A stretch of 36,176 bases of DNA, from assembly GCF_006345805.1 (NCBI RefSeq), contig NW_021833163.1, positions 1 to 36,176 of the forward strand, given 5' to 3'. Positions within the stretch are counted from its first letter, which is position 1; each line of letters begins with the position of its first letter. The notes beneath the pieces were generated by a model. That model worked only from the letters and a program-made list of their open reading frames with translations. It searched no databases and was not told the DNA's origin. Positions 18,374 through 31,380 of the stretch are shown here, in pieces. This DNA is from Octopus sinensis (taxonomy: Eukaryota). The position numbers and the translations under genes are program-made.

Positions 18374-19895
18374 TCAACTTTGATCTTCCCCGCCATGATC
18401 CTCAATCTCCTCCTGGGGCATGCAGTCTCTGGGCCTCTTAAGGGACTTGCTGATCTTCATAGAGAAATTATATTTCCGCCAGTCCCTATTTACGGAATTT
18501 GCAGAGTCCAGAATTTCACTGAAGCCATGTTTGTACTCGACAAACATGCTCTCCAGAGTGCCCTTCAGCGTTACAGTCTGGATGTAAGACCGAACACGTT
18601 CTTCAATCCCAAGGAGCTCCATGTACTTGCGGTAGATTGTTGAAACGATTCCATCCCACGTAATGACAATTGGCACAATCTTTACCTTAGCCTTGTGAAT
18701 CAGTTGTAATTCACTAGCTAAAATGTCGTATTTGTGCAGTTTTTCTACTTCCACACTCTTTAGGTTATCTATTGAAGTCACACCCACTTCAATAAGCCAT
18801 ATTAGGTTCTCTCTTTTGTCGTAAAGAAAATGTCGGGTCTGTTATATTTGAATTTTTCAACTCTGTTGGAATTGTTGTATCAATTCGTATTTCTGCCAAG
18901 GTGTTGCACATAATACTCTGGACAGAGTGATTTTTCAGTCTTCTGGATTTTTTGAATCCAATTTACGGCACAAGTGCATGTGGATCATCATCTCAGAATT
19001 TCATTGTGTCTTCTCGTATAATCCGAATTAAGCATCCTGTTGCATCTAGTTGCCATGTGATCAACCGTCTTATTGGAAGATTTACAATGTGGACATTTTG
19101 AATTAGGGTCTCTGAAAAAAATATTCCTGTCTTGAAGAAATGAAAACATAGCTTCAGATTTAGGAGATATATTCCCTTTCTTAAGCCATGTTGAAGACGA
19201 TTGAATATCAAAATTGTTATCATCAAGGGATTCAAATAGCTTCGAGTGAAGTGTCTTCTTCTTGATATTGGACAGTAAGGAATCAATCTGCAATCTATTC
19301 AGTGATTTGGTTATCTCTTCTTAGGTGTTCGTTCCATATTTACAATGCAGGAATTCTGTGATCGTGGCCATATGGGACTTTCTTTCCTGCTCGGCCCACA
19401 GAATTGATGCCTTTCTTGGGGAGATTAACTTCGCCTCTCCAAATTTTTACGAAAGTCAAACAGCATTTTTTCCGACCTGAAGGTAATCGAGGCAAGCCCT
19501 CTTCCGGCAAATAAGCCTCTCCTTACAGGCTGGTTTCATATGAATATTTAGATCCATTAACAGCTTCCTGACAAATTTGTCAATTTCATCAAAAGCGGAC
19601 GGTTCCAAATCCAGAAGGCCGATATAATAATTGTACAAAGATAAAGCATGTTCATTAATTGCCTTAAACAAATTCACCGAATTTAGTTTCGTCTTCGACA
19701 ATCTTTCGAAACGTTGTTGAACCTCTATCCGTAAATTTTTCAAAACTTCTTCTTTAACAACCTGACTAAACTTATTTTCCAATACACCCAAATAACGGTA
19801 AGTATCCAGTCCATCCAGCAGTTTGGCATCATTTCTCAATAAACAACTATTTGTTGCCGACTTCTCACAATTCTTTTCCAAACCCGAAGCTTTAA
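18374..19895 (-). mobile_element. 5'-truncated R4/Dong-type non-LTR retrotransposon (RT end, CCHC finger, restriction-like endonuclease)
   Basis: YRYLGV..KTKLNSVNLFKAINEHA..KERL; WLKKGNI..LQDRN..CPHC-X8-H-X4-C..RRHNE; RPDI..LIEVG..EKLHKYDILA. Confidence 0.9.
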
Positions 19896-20321
19896 AAATT
19901 TATCTTAAAACTTAGTTCGATTTATAAGCTTTGGATATATTTCTGACTAAATTTTTTTTTTTTAATGTCAGATTGATTTATTATTAATAAGCAACCTTCG
20001 ATTTGATTGAAAACCCATTCAGGAATGCACCATTATAGGGGTTAGGATAAAACATATCAGAGAAAGGATATCCAACTAAACAGGCATGCTAAAGTAAAAT
20101 ATCAAGAAAAAATTCTTAAATCTTGATAGGAAATATCTGTATTGATAGAATCACTCTTACAATTGTTTAAATCATTAATTAATTTCCAGTCCATCGCTGT
20201 GCATTGACTGAGTCTAACTATCAATGAGACCTGATGTTTCTACGTGTTTTGAGTAACCTCTATACTTTTTGATTTTAGTGTATTCTACATGGTTTGAAGG
20301 TTCCGCTGTCGGAAAGAACTA

Positions 20322-21285
20322 CACTTAAACCTCTCTATATTGCAACGAAAAAAACCAAATATTGCATGACAATAAGCGGGGTGGCATTATAACGCGATTC
20401 CGCTAAAATTAATTAAACACAAAATATTTAATATTTATTAAAAAACTCCATAATCATTCACTGTCTATAACTATTTTTTAGACAATCCCGATATTCCCTT
20501 TTAATATGTTTAATATATTGTAAGCTTTTTTCCGACATCCCTTGAGTAAACTCGATCCAGCGCAGTATAACTTTGAACGCATTAGCCATTTCATTTTCAG
20601 AAGGTCTTTTTTAATAAAAATGAAATTTTAAGTTGGTTAATAATATTGTTACTTGTTTCAAGCTGGTTAATAATATGTTTTAGCTGTAGTTTTCGGTAAT
20701 GTGCCTTAAAACTATGTATTATTCCGGAATCCAATGGTTGTAAGTGACTTGTTGTTGGAGGCAAAAAGTGCAGTTCAATATTCGATAACGTCGGAATAAT
20801 GTGGAATGGACAGTTGTCCATAATTAGAAGTATTTTTCTCCCACAACATTTATTTAATTATCCAACCCCTTTATCCAATCTTGAAATATCATTGATGTCA
20901 TCCATGATTTAGTATTAAATCTGTAATTCGAATATAAATGATAATTGAAGTCTTTGAAACAACGCGGATTATTAGATTTTCCAATCACAAGTGGACGGGG
21001 TTTTTCCCTCTCATCTGAATTACCATTCTGTAATTTAAGTGCTAATATCACGTAACATATAACCTGTTAAAAACAATAATAAATTAGTGTAATTCACATG
21101 ACTTAAAAATAATAATTTAAAAATTTGACTGGCGTTATATCGAATAAGGCACATAATTTGGCGTGGCAAAAACTGAGTGGCGAGGTTTGGCATTATAAAG
21201 AGAAATTCAAAGAAGAACCAAAAAATGACGTGGCAATAAGCGGGGTAGCATTATAAGGGGATGGCATTATAGAGGGGTTTAAATG
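20322..21285 (-). mobile_element. Internally deleted Tigger/pogo element, TA TSD
   Basis: TA|CACTTAAACCTCTCTATATTGC ... GCATTATAGAGGGGTTTAAATG|TA. DDE_1 motifs PLVIGKSNNPRCF, SWMT..F..W, MDNC..H, FLPP.TS.LQPLDSGII. Confidence 0.88.
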
Positions 21286-21612
21286 TATTTGCAATCATGA
21301 AAATTAAATCCGATACTATAAAAACGATTTGAATTTTTTATTTTCAAAAAACTGCCCATCTATTGGATTTCAGCATAAATAAAAACCTCGTCAAATGACA
21401 GCGATCTTTGGATGAATGAAAGAAAATCATTTACCTATTCTTTAATTATTTATTCCGCATTGCCATAATAGGAAGTGTTTTTGAATATTGCATTAATTAT
21501 CAGATTACATTTCTTTGCTAAAACGAAAAGATAAGCAAGTTTAAACATTAAAAAATTAATCATTCAGGATTATTTATTAATAAAAATTCCTTAAAAATGT
21601 CATGCGTCAAAA

Positions 21613-22346
21613 TTATTCGATTTCTAATATTTTTTCTGGCAGTTTTGAAAATTTATAAACCAGACGTCCTCCTGCAACTTTTGTCAAAATATTTTTCTTG
21701 TAATAATATCTAATTGCATGACTAATATTATTGACCTCAATGAACGGCCGAGAGATTCATAGCTCATCATCGGCTTGTTTTTGTATTGGCCCCACAATTT
21801 GGAAACCTCCTTAGAATTTACTAATTTAAATATTCCATCTTTTTTATCGATCCATTTAATGTAGGCTGGACAGTATATCGGATTTTGTAAAAGCTTTAGC
21901 AAATACTCCCACAAATAAATTGAACGTGCTAAAAAATATATTATCAGTGAAAACATCGTTTTTTTGGTTTGATCTGTTTGGGTAGTGATTTATTTTCATC
22001 AAGTAAAATCGAACATTCTTGACTTTGGACACTCTGTGGATTCGGAGCATATTCAAAATAATTATTAGGAACAATGCTTTGAAAATAATAATCATTGTAA
22101 TATGATGCTATGATATTAAAAATATTAATTAACCAGTGGAATAATCATTTTGGTCGCAGGGTGTCGATTCGAATATCGGATTTTTAAATTGGTTTAATTG
22201 AAAGTAATATTGGTCCATTTGAATAGGAGTTGACTACATTATTGCTAAAATAGAAACTTCAAGATTATTCAAATTTATATAAGAGTAAGGATATCTATTT
22301 GCGTCTAAAAATATTTAGTATGGGTTTTACCTGTATCATGCTCCAT
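21613..22346 (-). CDS. ELF/E74-subfamily ETS transcription factor, 201 aa, 6 exons
   Basis: [50 protein letters not shown]|[17 protein letters not shown]. Introns 22305-22330 (26), 22234-22257 (24), 22108-22133 (26), 21929-21954 (26), 21710-21735 (26) give an uninterrupted 606-nt CDS. Confidence 0.92.
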
Positions 22347-22699
22347 TTTGAAATATATCGCTAATTGTTTTAATTATTGCGTTGATGTGCATATTAATGA
22401 ACCTTCGTAATCAAATTTAGAATTTAGTTTGGTTTTTAATCAGAAATAAAATGTTTAAATAAAAAATATCTTCAATCATTGAATTTATAAACACGTCTTT
22501 GTGAAAACTTAAAAATAATTGTTTCTAGACCACCTGAAATCACGTGGTTTTGAACAAGTATGTGAGACTATTTGTCGAATCTGTGTCCTTAAACAAATTC
22601 TAGAAATGATTATAATAGAGTACTGACATTGACTGGAGATTTTAGGGGACAAGGATCGTTCACAAAAAGTTTAAAAACCACGAGTACAGAAATACACTA

Positions 22700-23010
22700 A
22701 CCGCAAATAATATCCTCAACAATCCCCCAATAATAAACACAGCTGAAAAGGATCTCAGCCGCAAAGATTTGGTCGAATTCCCAAGATTTCGCTGTAGACA
22801 TCATCCTTTACTCCTCAACTATCAAAACAAACTGGATAAAGGCGTCGATCCGTCTTATCCCATCTGCCAAGACGGACGACACACATTAACACACGTCTTC
22901 CTGGAATGCAAAAACCTTACAGCTATAAGAAGATCATATAAGATTAACTCCCTCCTTAACCTATGGTGTGACCCTAAGAGGTCTGTCAGTTTTCTTCGTG
23001 CCGCATTCCT
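22700..23010 (+). pseudogene. LINE ORF2 C-terminal zinc-knuckle remnant (I-group-like)
   Basis: PPIINTAEKDLSR..R..H.LL.Y..K...P.C..G.HT..HVF.C...LW..P..SV.FL. Confidence 0.65.
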
Positions 23011-23329
23011 CCCAATTTCGTTTGTTGAAATTCATTTTTTGCTTTACCATTTTTATTTGACAGGTAATTTTTATTTGACTTTATTATTAATTTGTTGATA
23101 GAGATGTTCATCGCAATTAGCGCGTCTCATTCAATGGAATAGGCAATCCAGTTTCTCCCAAGTTGAAATTTAATCATTAATATTAAAAACATCTTATGTT
23201 CATAGTAATGAGAGAGAATATTGTCATTCATTTTCCTAGAAGAGAGCACTGAGAAGTAATGCACATGTGCTGAGTCAGCTTTGGTAATCAGGCCAATATT
23301 ATAACTTTTAATAGAATGAACAAATTTAT

Positions 23330-23860
23330 TTAATATCCAGTATATCTTCCATTAGCTCTAATTACATCTAGTATTCGGCCTGCTATGCTATTAATGAGAC
23401 TTTTGGGTATTCTGTTTTAAATTCATTCCAAATAAATGACATTTCTGCAAATAAATTTCCCTTCTTCAAAAAATTCTCTTCCTTTGATTTTTTCTTTAAT
23501 AAAGGCTCAAAACATTCTCTATGGGGTTTAAATCTGGGTTTTGTGCGGGATATGGTAGCAATTCGATATTATTTACTTAAAAAAGCGCTTTGGTATTGCC
23601 AAAGTATGTTTCTGATCATTGTCTTGTTGGTAAATATGATCTTTAAGTTTGATTATGTTCAGAAATGAAATAAGATTTTTCGTTAATATGTTAACATACA
23701 GAGGTCCATCCATCTTCTCTTTTATCTAAACCAAATTACTGAATCCAATAATTATTATGGCACACCATACCATGATAGTTCCTCTACCGAATTTTATTGT
23801 CGAAGTTTTGAAAAGAAGTGGCCTTTTTGTGGACAGATAAGCATTCGGGCATTGCATTTG
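23330..23860 (-). pseudogene. Second Tc1 family, transposase catalytic remnant
   Basis: TIKFGRGTIMVW..YVNIL..YQQDNDQKH..PAQNPDLNPIEN..GRYTGY*. Confidence 0.85.
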
Positions 23861-24093
23861 CATTCATTCGGTTTTTATTTTTATTCACTGTATATTAATA
23901 ATTTATTTCATTAGTATAATAGGTAGCTACAAAATACGGATTATTACAAAATTTTCTACAAGCACATTCAAACAAATTCCAATCAAAACCTCAACAGATA
24001 AAATAAAATATTAGTTGTGATTCTATCATTTTTAAACAAAAATATTTTAATAAATCAACGATAAAAAAACAAAATTCAATATAAATTGAAAAA

Positions 24094-27000
24094 TCAATCA
24101 TCAAATTTGACAAATTTAGCCGGTTGATGGGAAATGAGTCATCTTCATTACCCGTTATAAATTCTAATTTCTTCCAAAACTACAGAGTAATCAAAATTCA
24201 AGAAATACATTTTTAAACTCAGAAATCAGTCTTCTTTTAGTAAAATCTGTATTATCGAACTTTGAAACATTCTCCAAAGTCCAAATTGCCACATCAGGTT
24301 TAAATTGAACTTCCAAACGGCGATTAACTTGTTTTTCGTTCACTTTAACCAAATCGCTGGGAGAATACTGTTGGATTTTGCTAGTAATATAACACATATA
24401 TAAAATATATACACATCAGATATCCCATATGCGTCCTTCAAATATTCTCTCAGGTTAATCAGAATATTAAAAGATTGAGCCTTACAGAAATATTTTACGA
24501 CCTTTTCAAAATCTTCTGGAAACCGATCTAATTCAAGTTAAATTATTATATATTGTTTTAAATAATTAAATTTTATTAAATATATACCAAATAAAATATC
24601 GATATCATCGTCCAATTCTTGTGTGTCAATCAGCATCTCCTCGTTATTGGAGTAATAGTCAGGGAAAAACAACTAAAAATATGAAAAAAAGAACACCTCT
24701 CTGAATGACTGCACCAAACCAGTTCCAGAAATGGACAAATGTAAATCAATTTGATGAAGTATATAAAGTGGCTCTTCGATTATCAAATATTCAAAATATG
24801 CCAAATTATCACCCAAAAATAAATGTTTCTCCAAATCTATATCCTACACCAATACGAATCCAATCTTACAGCATTCTCGTCAAATAATGATAAAATTCCA
24901 TTAATGAGTGCCCTCCTATGAACCCGATGACTCCTCACAGTTCCATATACATGTGAGCAGACAGCCACACTCCCAGTTATGTCCATTGTCCGCACACCAC
25001 GGGTAATCTCTCCATTCGAACACGACTTTAGTAGTTTATAGCTCAAACCAACACCACTAATCCCCTTCATCTGTTATAAGTTGATTAAAAATAACAACAT
25101 GGACAAATCCCGGTTCTTTCCGTTCGATATGCGAAAGCAAGGCAACTGCCTTACATTTAATATCAAGAACACTGTCAGAGGCGAGTGCAATGAGGTGTGA
25201 GACCACAACGACAGGCTGGACTAACCCAGAGTGGGTAATGTAGCTCAGGAGATTAACAGAGCAATTCCTTATGCTAATGTCCTTACTCAGTGAACAAGAC
25301 AGGATATGAGTCATAAATATTTGGGTTATTGCACTGTCCAGTCTAAAATTAATTAAAAATGGCAACCCTGTTGTTGTATTGGTGGACTGTTCTCGAATAT
25401 CTTGTACAAAATCATAGCAACTTTGTGCTATAATATTAGAGAAGTCACAAACGGGTTGTGTTCTCAGTTTTGGAATGATGGACGATAAATATTTCCAGAT
25501 TAGTTAAAACTTGTATGCATAGCTGCACATTGTTGGCACACTCTTCCAATATTCCAAAATAAAGGACTTTTATTTCATCTTGAATCATAAATTGATGACC
25601 ACGCACCAACAAATTACCTACCAATACAACACAGTGGCTAACCAAGAGCCATTAAAGATACAAAGCGCAGATCTGAGTCTTCAAATACACAAAAGAAGTA
25701 ACAAATTTCAAATACTTTGGGTATAATCTGTTCCTATGAATGTCAAAAAACATCCAAACATTCTGAAAATTGAAAATCTCGTTCTCAATGTCAAAAAACC
25801 GACAGAGAAGGGCGACGATATAAAGAGATCTCTTGAGGTGGGACTTGATACTAGACTCAATAGTTCCACTCCGTTCAATCTCTTCCTTCTTAATTCGAAG
25901 AATATCTTAATTAGTGCTAATAAAAATACTGAAAAATCGATTGAAGAAATCTTGAACGAGTTTTTTGTTGTTAGAAATGCGGACAATTATACTGAGACAT
26001 TTGACTGAACTGCTAATGACCTAAGATATGAACTACAAGAATACGTTGATTCCCTGGAGTAGTAGTATTCGTATGATCTGTTCTTCCAAATGTGCCAACA
26101 TTGCATCACCTGGATGGTCAATAAGGCCTATCGTGTTCTGTACTATTTCTAATGTGCTCTGCAATATCCCACTATCTGCCTGAACAATAATCAACAACTG
26201 AGTAACCGATCCAGCACTGCTCAAATAAGGCAGAAGTGTCATCAAATGTGGCGTCAATAACGTTGGACGAACCCGGGAAAATATCTCGAGTGTCTCATAA
26301 CATAACACCATTCTGTTTGGATGAGAGCCCTCCGAACAAGAGTGTCCTTAAATAGTATAGAAAATACAACTGGCAATAGACTCGTCCAGTGCTATCACAT
26401 TAGTTATTATACAATCGACAATCTGCGATGCTGCCTTCAAGACATTGCCACTGTTCTCCCCAGATTCTTTGAATACCTGCGAGTAACAATTAAAGTATAC
26501 ACTTCTAAGAAATGTCTCAAACCACACTCCTTCGTCTGATAGAGCAGAAACCTGAAGAGCAGTTTAAGAATATTACTAACCACATCAGTTATGCTGATGA
26601 CTCGCTTCATTAGCCCTTCGCTGTCTTTCTTGGTCGGAACTAGCCATAAAGTCATAAACACTTCATTCACCAATTTCTTAAAAGCAGTGAAATGGTAAAT
26701 ACTACTTTAACAGTATCTTCGTCATTCACTCTATGTATCATGCGGACACAGATATCCGTAACTTTCGGATGGTCTGGATAATCAGAGCAAATTTCTTTGA
26801 ATATTCGAATTACTTTTTTTCTAACAATAATACTAGTATCCTGTAGTATAAGTTGATTTGAATGATACAATAATCCTTCCACACATCATTTCGTAGTACG
26901 ACTCAATCAACTCTGGTTTAGTCAGAATGAAGCGACCCACCAAATCCACCACAGATTCCCGCACATTTGGAGAAGAGTCTAAAAACCGACAATTTAATGA

Positions 27001-29445
27001 CTTTTGAACATCTTGCTTAAACATTCACACAAATATACAAACCCTAGCAAAAATAGACGAATCGACCTCCACAACAAAATTCAAAAATTTTCCTGCCTTA
27101 GTTCTCAGATTGGCAATTGGCTCACTTAAACATTGTAATATCTACTAGTGCTTTTAAATAGTATTACTCGGACGATGACAAATTTTAGAAAACTATCGAA
27201 ATTGGGAACAAATGGGCCCCGGTATTGAATGAAGGCTACACAAGAACCCACCTTCTCATGATCCAAAAATAATTCCAGTTTTTTATACGACTGTTCTATT
27301 TCATCGACTGAGAGAGAAAGATATTTCCTCAAATCATTAATTTTTGCTTTATTTTCCTTCTCCGACAAATAATGAACTAATTTCCCAATCAAAAATGACC
27401 GTGCAGTCTACAAAGATAACTCTCAATACAAACTATTCCCACATTTCCCCTCAAGGCAAGGAAATCAAGGATTACGTAATAAATTCTGATCGGGTCTTGA
27501 GAATCGAGAATCCCCTCCTCAGAAGTGTCCCCAAATATTTTTTGGAGAAACTTTGTGAGGGAGACTTGACGGACCTTGAATACCTCCATGTCCTCGTGTA
27601 TGCGGGGGATTGCCATGATCATATAATCCAGTGCTTGCAGTCGGAAAACAACTTCCAAAGACTTATTGGAGAATTGTTTAACCTAAAAATCAAATTTAAT
27701 ATTTTACAAGCAATTTGAGGAGAATACTCAACATTAAATCTGCTCCAGGCCATTCTGGCTTTCTCCCTGCTATGATCAAGTCCAGTAAGAAGTTCTCAAG
27801 CACAACCTTATACCCATCGTCCCCTTTATTGAAACACCGTTTTATGTATATTAGAACAAACTCTAATGCATGAGCACGAGCTGTCTCGAATAATGAGACA
27901 TAATCATTCTCAAATTGTTTCTATCAAAGTGTAATCAAGGCGGTTATACTTTGTCTACAACGTGGACTTGATTTGTCACTGACTGGACAAATTTGATCAA
28001 CAATGCCGATAGCATTTGAATCCCTTCGCCACCAATAAATCTAATAACATTTTATTATATTGGCCTAACCTATAATCTCTAGCCACTCTGGAAACAGTAA
28101 CCAATTTTGATAACGAATTGGCGATATCCTGTTGGATGGAGGCTCTAAAATACTCAAATTTTGAATAAATCTAAAATAAATACTCCAATAAATAACCAAA
28201 ACGAGAATTTGCATAGAATTGAGCTGAAATTCCTTAACACCCTCATTGAAGAAAGAAGAAAGACAAAAATCAGTGATCTACAGATTAGACTAACAATCCA
28301 ACTTTAAGCAACAGAATTTCACTGAGCACCTCTGATTGGGCATACTCATTCAATAGAAGTACAATCTCCACCAACTTGTTATAAAAGCCCGTCATATTAC
28401 GTCTGTTCTGGTCTGACCTACTCTTGCCGTCAAAATTGGCGTAAATGTAGCCCGTCATGCCCTGCTTAACAAAGTCCGCAACCACAGAAAGCAAGTCTTC
28501 ATCTCTCAGTTCCGTCGGCATGTCCTTTCCAGTCATTATATGTAGACTAATCAACACCGCATTACTTCCGCGGATTAAATCCTCTGTTTCTAATGCCGAC
28601 AAACACTCTGGAATATTCAATTGAAGCACATTTAACACGTTTTTTAGAATAGAATACGGAATCTGTAATTTTATAGACTTTTCTATAAAAATACTTGGTT
28701 TAGATTAGATTTTACAGACGGTAGTGATATTTGGTTCAGAAGATTTGTTATGGAAGAGAAAGGGGTCGAAATTCGACGTGGATTTTCTATCAACGTAAAT
28801 TCCACGGTCAACCGTCCTGTAATAACGTAACATCACCGTGTTTGATTATTTCTTCCATATATTGTCTCGTGCGGTATATATCATCACCCTCTACAAAAGA
28901 CTTGATTTCTATTTCTAAAAAAATTAAAAATAAGTTAAAAATAATTAAATGTTGAAAATATTTTTATTTTAAATAAATTATACGTTTTTTGGTGTCTTGT
29001 GGGGCATTTTGATAATTATGAGTACCAGGTTCATTCTTGCCTGATTTGTTACAATTAATGTAAAAATAACCAAAAATATCCAACGAGGATGATTTGCAAA
29101 GACTATCTACGATTTTAAATCCTAAAAATTCTTGATCGAGTGGTTTAGTTGGAAGATTTCTACTCTTATGTAATATATTTGATTACAGTTCGTCCACATT
29201 GGTCAATTCCAGGGCATTCTTTATGTCAGAAACGAGTTCCTCATTTTTGTTGTTTAAAAATAAATTTTCTTGTGGTGTCAGAGAAGGAAATGCAACTGAA
29301 AGTCGACAAGATGGAACTTTGTAAAATTTAGGCAGTGGAAGTTGTCTTAACACTATTTTTATGTATTAAAATATTTACAATTAGAAAAATTATTTACTGG
29401 TGGGTATATTATAGATGGGAAATTTTCTGGATTTTTTTGATCCAT
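24094..29445 (-). CDS. NIPBL: Nipped-B-like cohesin loader (Scc2), many micro-introns
   Basis: N-terminus LLRQLPLP..NEELVSDI. HEAT region: LISLHIMTGKDMP, FLDSSPNVRESVVDLVGRF, DTSIIVRKKVIRIF, MIHRVNDE. Nipped-B_C: VRSHRVHRRAL, DNLAYF..EEPLYILHQID, KIQQYSPSD. Exact stop uncertain (probably TGA 24094-24096). Not every middle exon was mapped. Confidence 0.95.
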
Positions 29446-29575
29446 TTTGATACCGGCAACTTTGTGCACAACGTAAACTTACGTAAATTCAATTTAAAAA
29501 TTGATTATTATTTAAATAAATGTAAAAAAAGAATTAAAATTTATTTAATTTTTTTGTCTAGTTAATATTTATTTT

Positions 29576-29589
29576 GTTTCTATGGAAAT
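29576..29589 (+). promoter_or_regulatory. RFX X-box upstream of the CABCOCO1-like gene
   Basis: GTTTCTATGGAAAT matches consensus GTYNCYATRGNAAC at 13/14, ending 17 nt before the ATG. Confidence 0.6.
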
Positions 29590-29606
29590 TAGATAATTTT
29601 TGTGTA

Positions 29607-30675
29607 ATGACAAAATCCAGTAAAAAAGTAAAATCAAAAGTAATAAAAATTAAATTTACAAACTTTAAATTAGGAAATTTCCAATGATGTATTTGAGGAC
29701 CGTTCAGAATGGCCATTTTGTGAAAAAATAATAAAGACCGACGACATCGGAGAACTCCAATCGTAGCAAATATATGATTAATTATAAGATTAGTTTGTGA
29801 AAAATACAAACTCCAAGATGTCAATTTATGTCTACGAAATGCAGCTGTTCTCGACATATACATGTCTGCTGTTATATTTGTCAAACAACATTTTTATAAT
29901 GTTGAAAAATGTTGTGTGTTTATCAGCTTATTTCAATATATTATTGACGAAATTCTCGGTTAGATTTATTTGTTTAATAATAAAGAAAATAAAAAGCCCA
30001 CAGTTGAAATAATAATATCTTTAAACAAAAAAATATGTAAATATTTGAATAAAAATGTTCACCCTGATTACGGATACGACCTTTTAACGGAAAACGATGT
30101 TAAAGATATGATGGAATTCTATTTTATCACGTTTTCTGAATATATATAATTTTAGTGTTTTTCAACACGCAAAACTTTATATATTCTTATTTAAAGAAGA
30201 ATTACAAAAAGAAATAAGCGAGATCACTGTGGACATTTTTTAATCTCAAATTTATTTTAGATGACAATTGAAACTTTGAAAAAACCAGAAAGTTCGTGGC
30301 CTCCTCCACTACTGGAAGGAATCAGTGAAGATGTTTACAATAAATATATTCTGCCACCAATCCAAGAAGTTGATAAATCCCATTTAAAATAGATTAAACA
30401 AGTCCCGGAATCAGAATCTGTTGTCAGTCAAAAAGATGACACGTTTTTGGAAATTGAATTGGATATTTTGAATGTTTTACCACATGATGAAATAATCGAG
30501 ACTATCAAACAAAGCGTCGCCAATTCTCTTAATTCTATAAAAGTATATTTAAATAAAAATAAATTTCTAGGACGAATTTATTTCTAAACTTAACGAACGG
30601 GAAAATGTATTCATGTTACGAGTTCCAAAAATTAGAGTAAAATCTACAAACAAAAAAACTAATAAAAAACATTAA
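29607..30675 (+). CDS. CABCOCO1: Ciliary-associated calcium-binding coiled-coil protein 1 (C10orf107)-like, 290 aa, 8 exons
   Basis: NLCLRNAAVLDIYMSA, VFQHAKLYIFLF, WPPPLLEGISEDVYNKYILPP. Introns 29640-29673 (34), 29763-29788 (26), 29959-29985 (27), 30131-30155 (25), 30229-30260 (32), 30369-30392 (24), 30543-30570 (28) give an uninterrupted 873-nt CDS. None of these exons appear in the ORF track. Confidence 0.8.
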
Positions 30676-30759
30676 ACTTATTTATCAACATAAACTAACT
30701 TTATTTAAATATTTCTTAATTCATAAATTGAGCTGAATACATATAATTTTTTGAACGGC

Positions 30760-31380
30760 CAGTCGTCCTCACAGCAGTGCCTGGTTAAATGCCACTCCAC
30801 TTCCAAGTTTTGGAAACCTTTTGGACAATGAGTCTGTTAGGATTGGGTTTTGTTCACGCCTCGGTCTTCGCCTATTTAAACTATATCTCTCCGCTGTGGT
30901 GCAAAAATCTGTCTCTTTTGTCTGAACGCCTTATTTTGTAAAGGCAGTACTGACAGTATCCCACGAGACGCTTCTCTAAATGACCTTGCCAGAAAACTTT
31001 TTAAGTCGCCGGAACCCCTCCACACTTGAACCCACTGGGATTGATCGGAGGGATGGCAATAGACCGGACGATCACTGTGTTTCCCTTCAACAGAGGAAAG
31101 ACACTCACCTGGGATGCCACGTGTGTGGACTTATTCTCGCCTCAGAATCCGCTGATGTCCACATCCGCCCCAGGATCAATTGTAACAACTGTTGAATGCA
31201 AAAAGATGCGGAAGTATTATTCGCTTGCGGAAAAGTACAAATTCCTTTCATTTGCAGTTGAGACTTTCGGTTCGTTGGGGAAAGGCAATCATATTTGTCC
31301 AAAAGATCGGCTCTCGGAAGTCTACATTCACAGGCGACGTCTAATAAAATCGGAGACGCTAATTTTTCGAAATCTCTAAG
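30760..31380 (+). mobile_element. CRE-clade non-LTR retrotransposon 3' remnant (Zn finger + RLE)
   Basis: LLDNESVRIG..RLG..CGA..LFC..SLND..LEPTGIDRRDGNRPD..FPFNRGKTLTWDATCVD..KYKFLSFAVETFG. Confidence 0.85.

Noticed and set aside
18374-19895. Whole window being microsporidian
   Set aside because: ETS, DRC3 and CABCOCO1 indicate a ciliated animal; microsporidia lack these.
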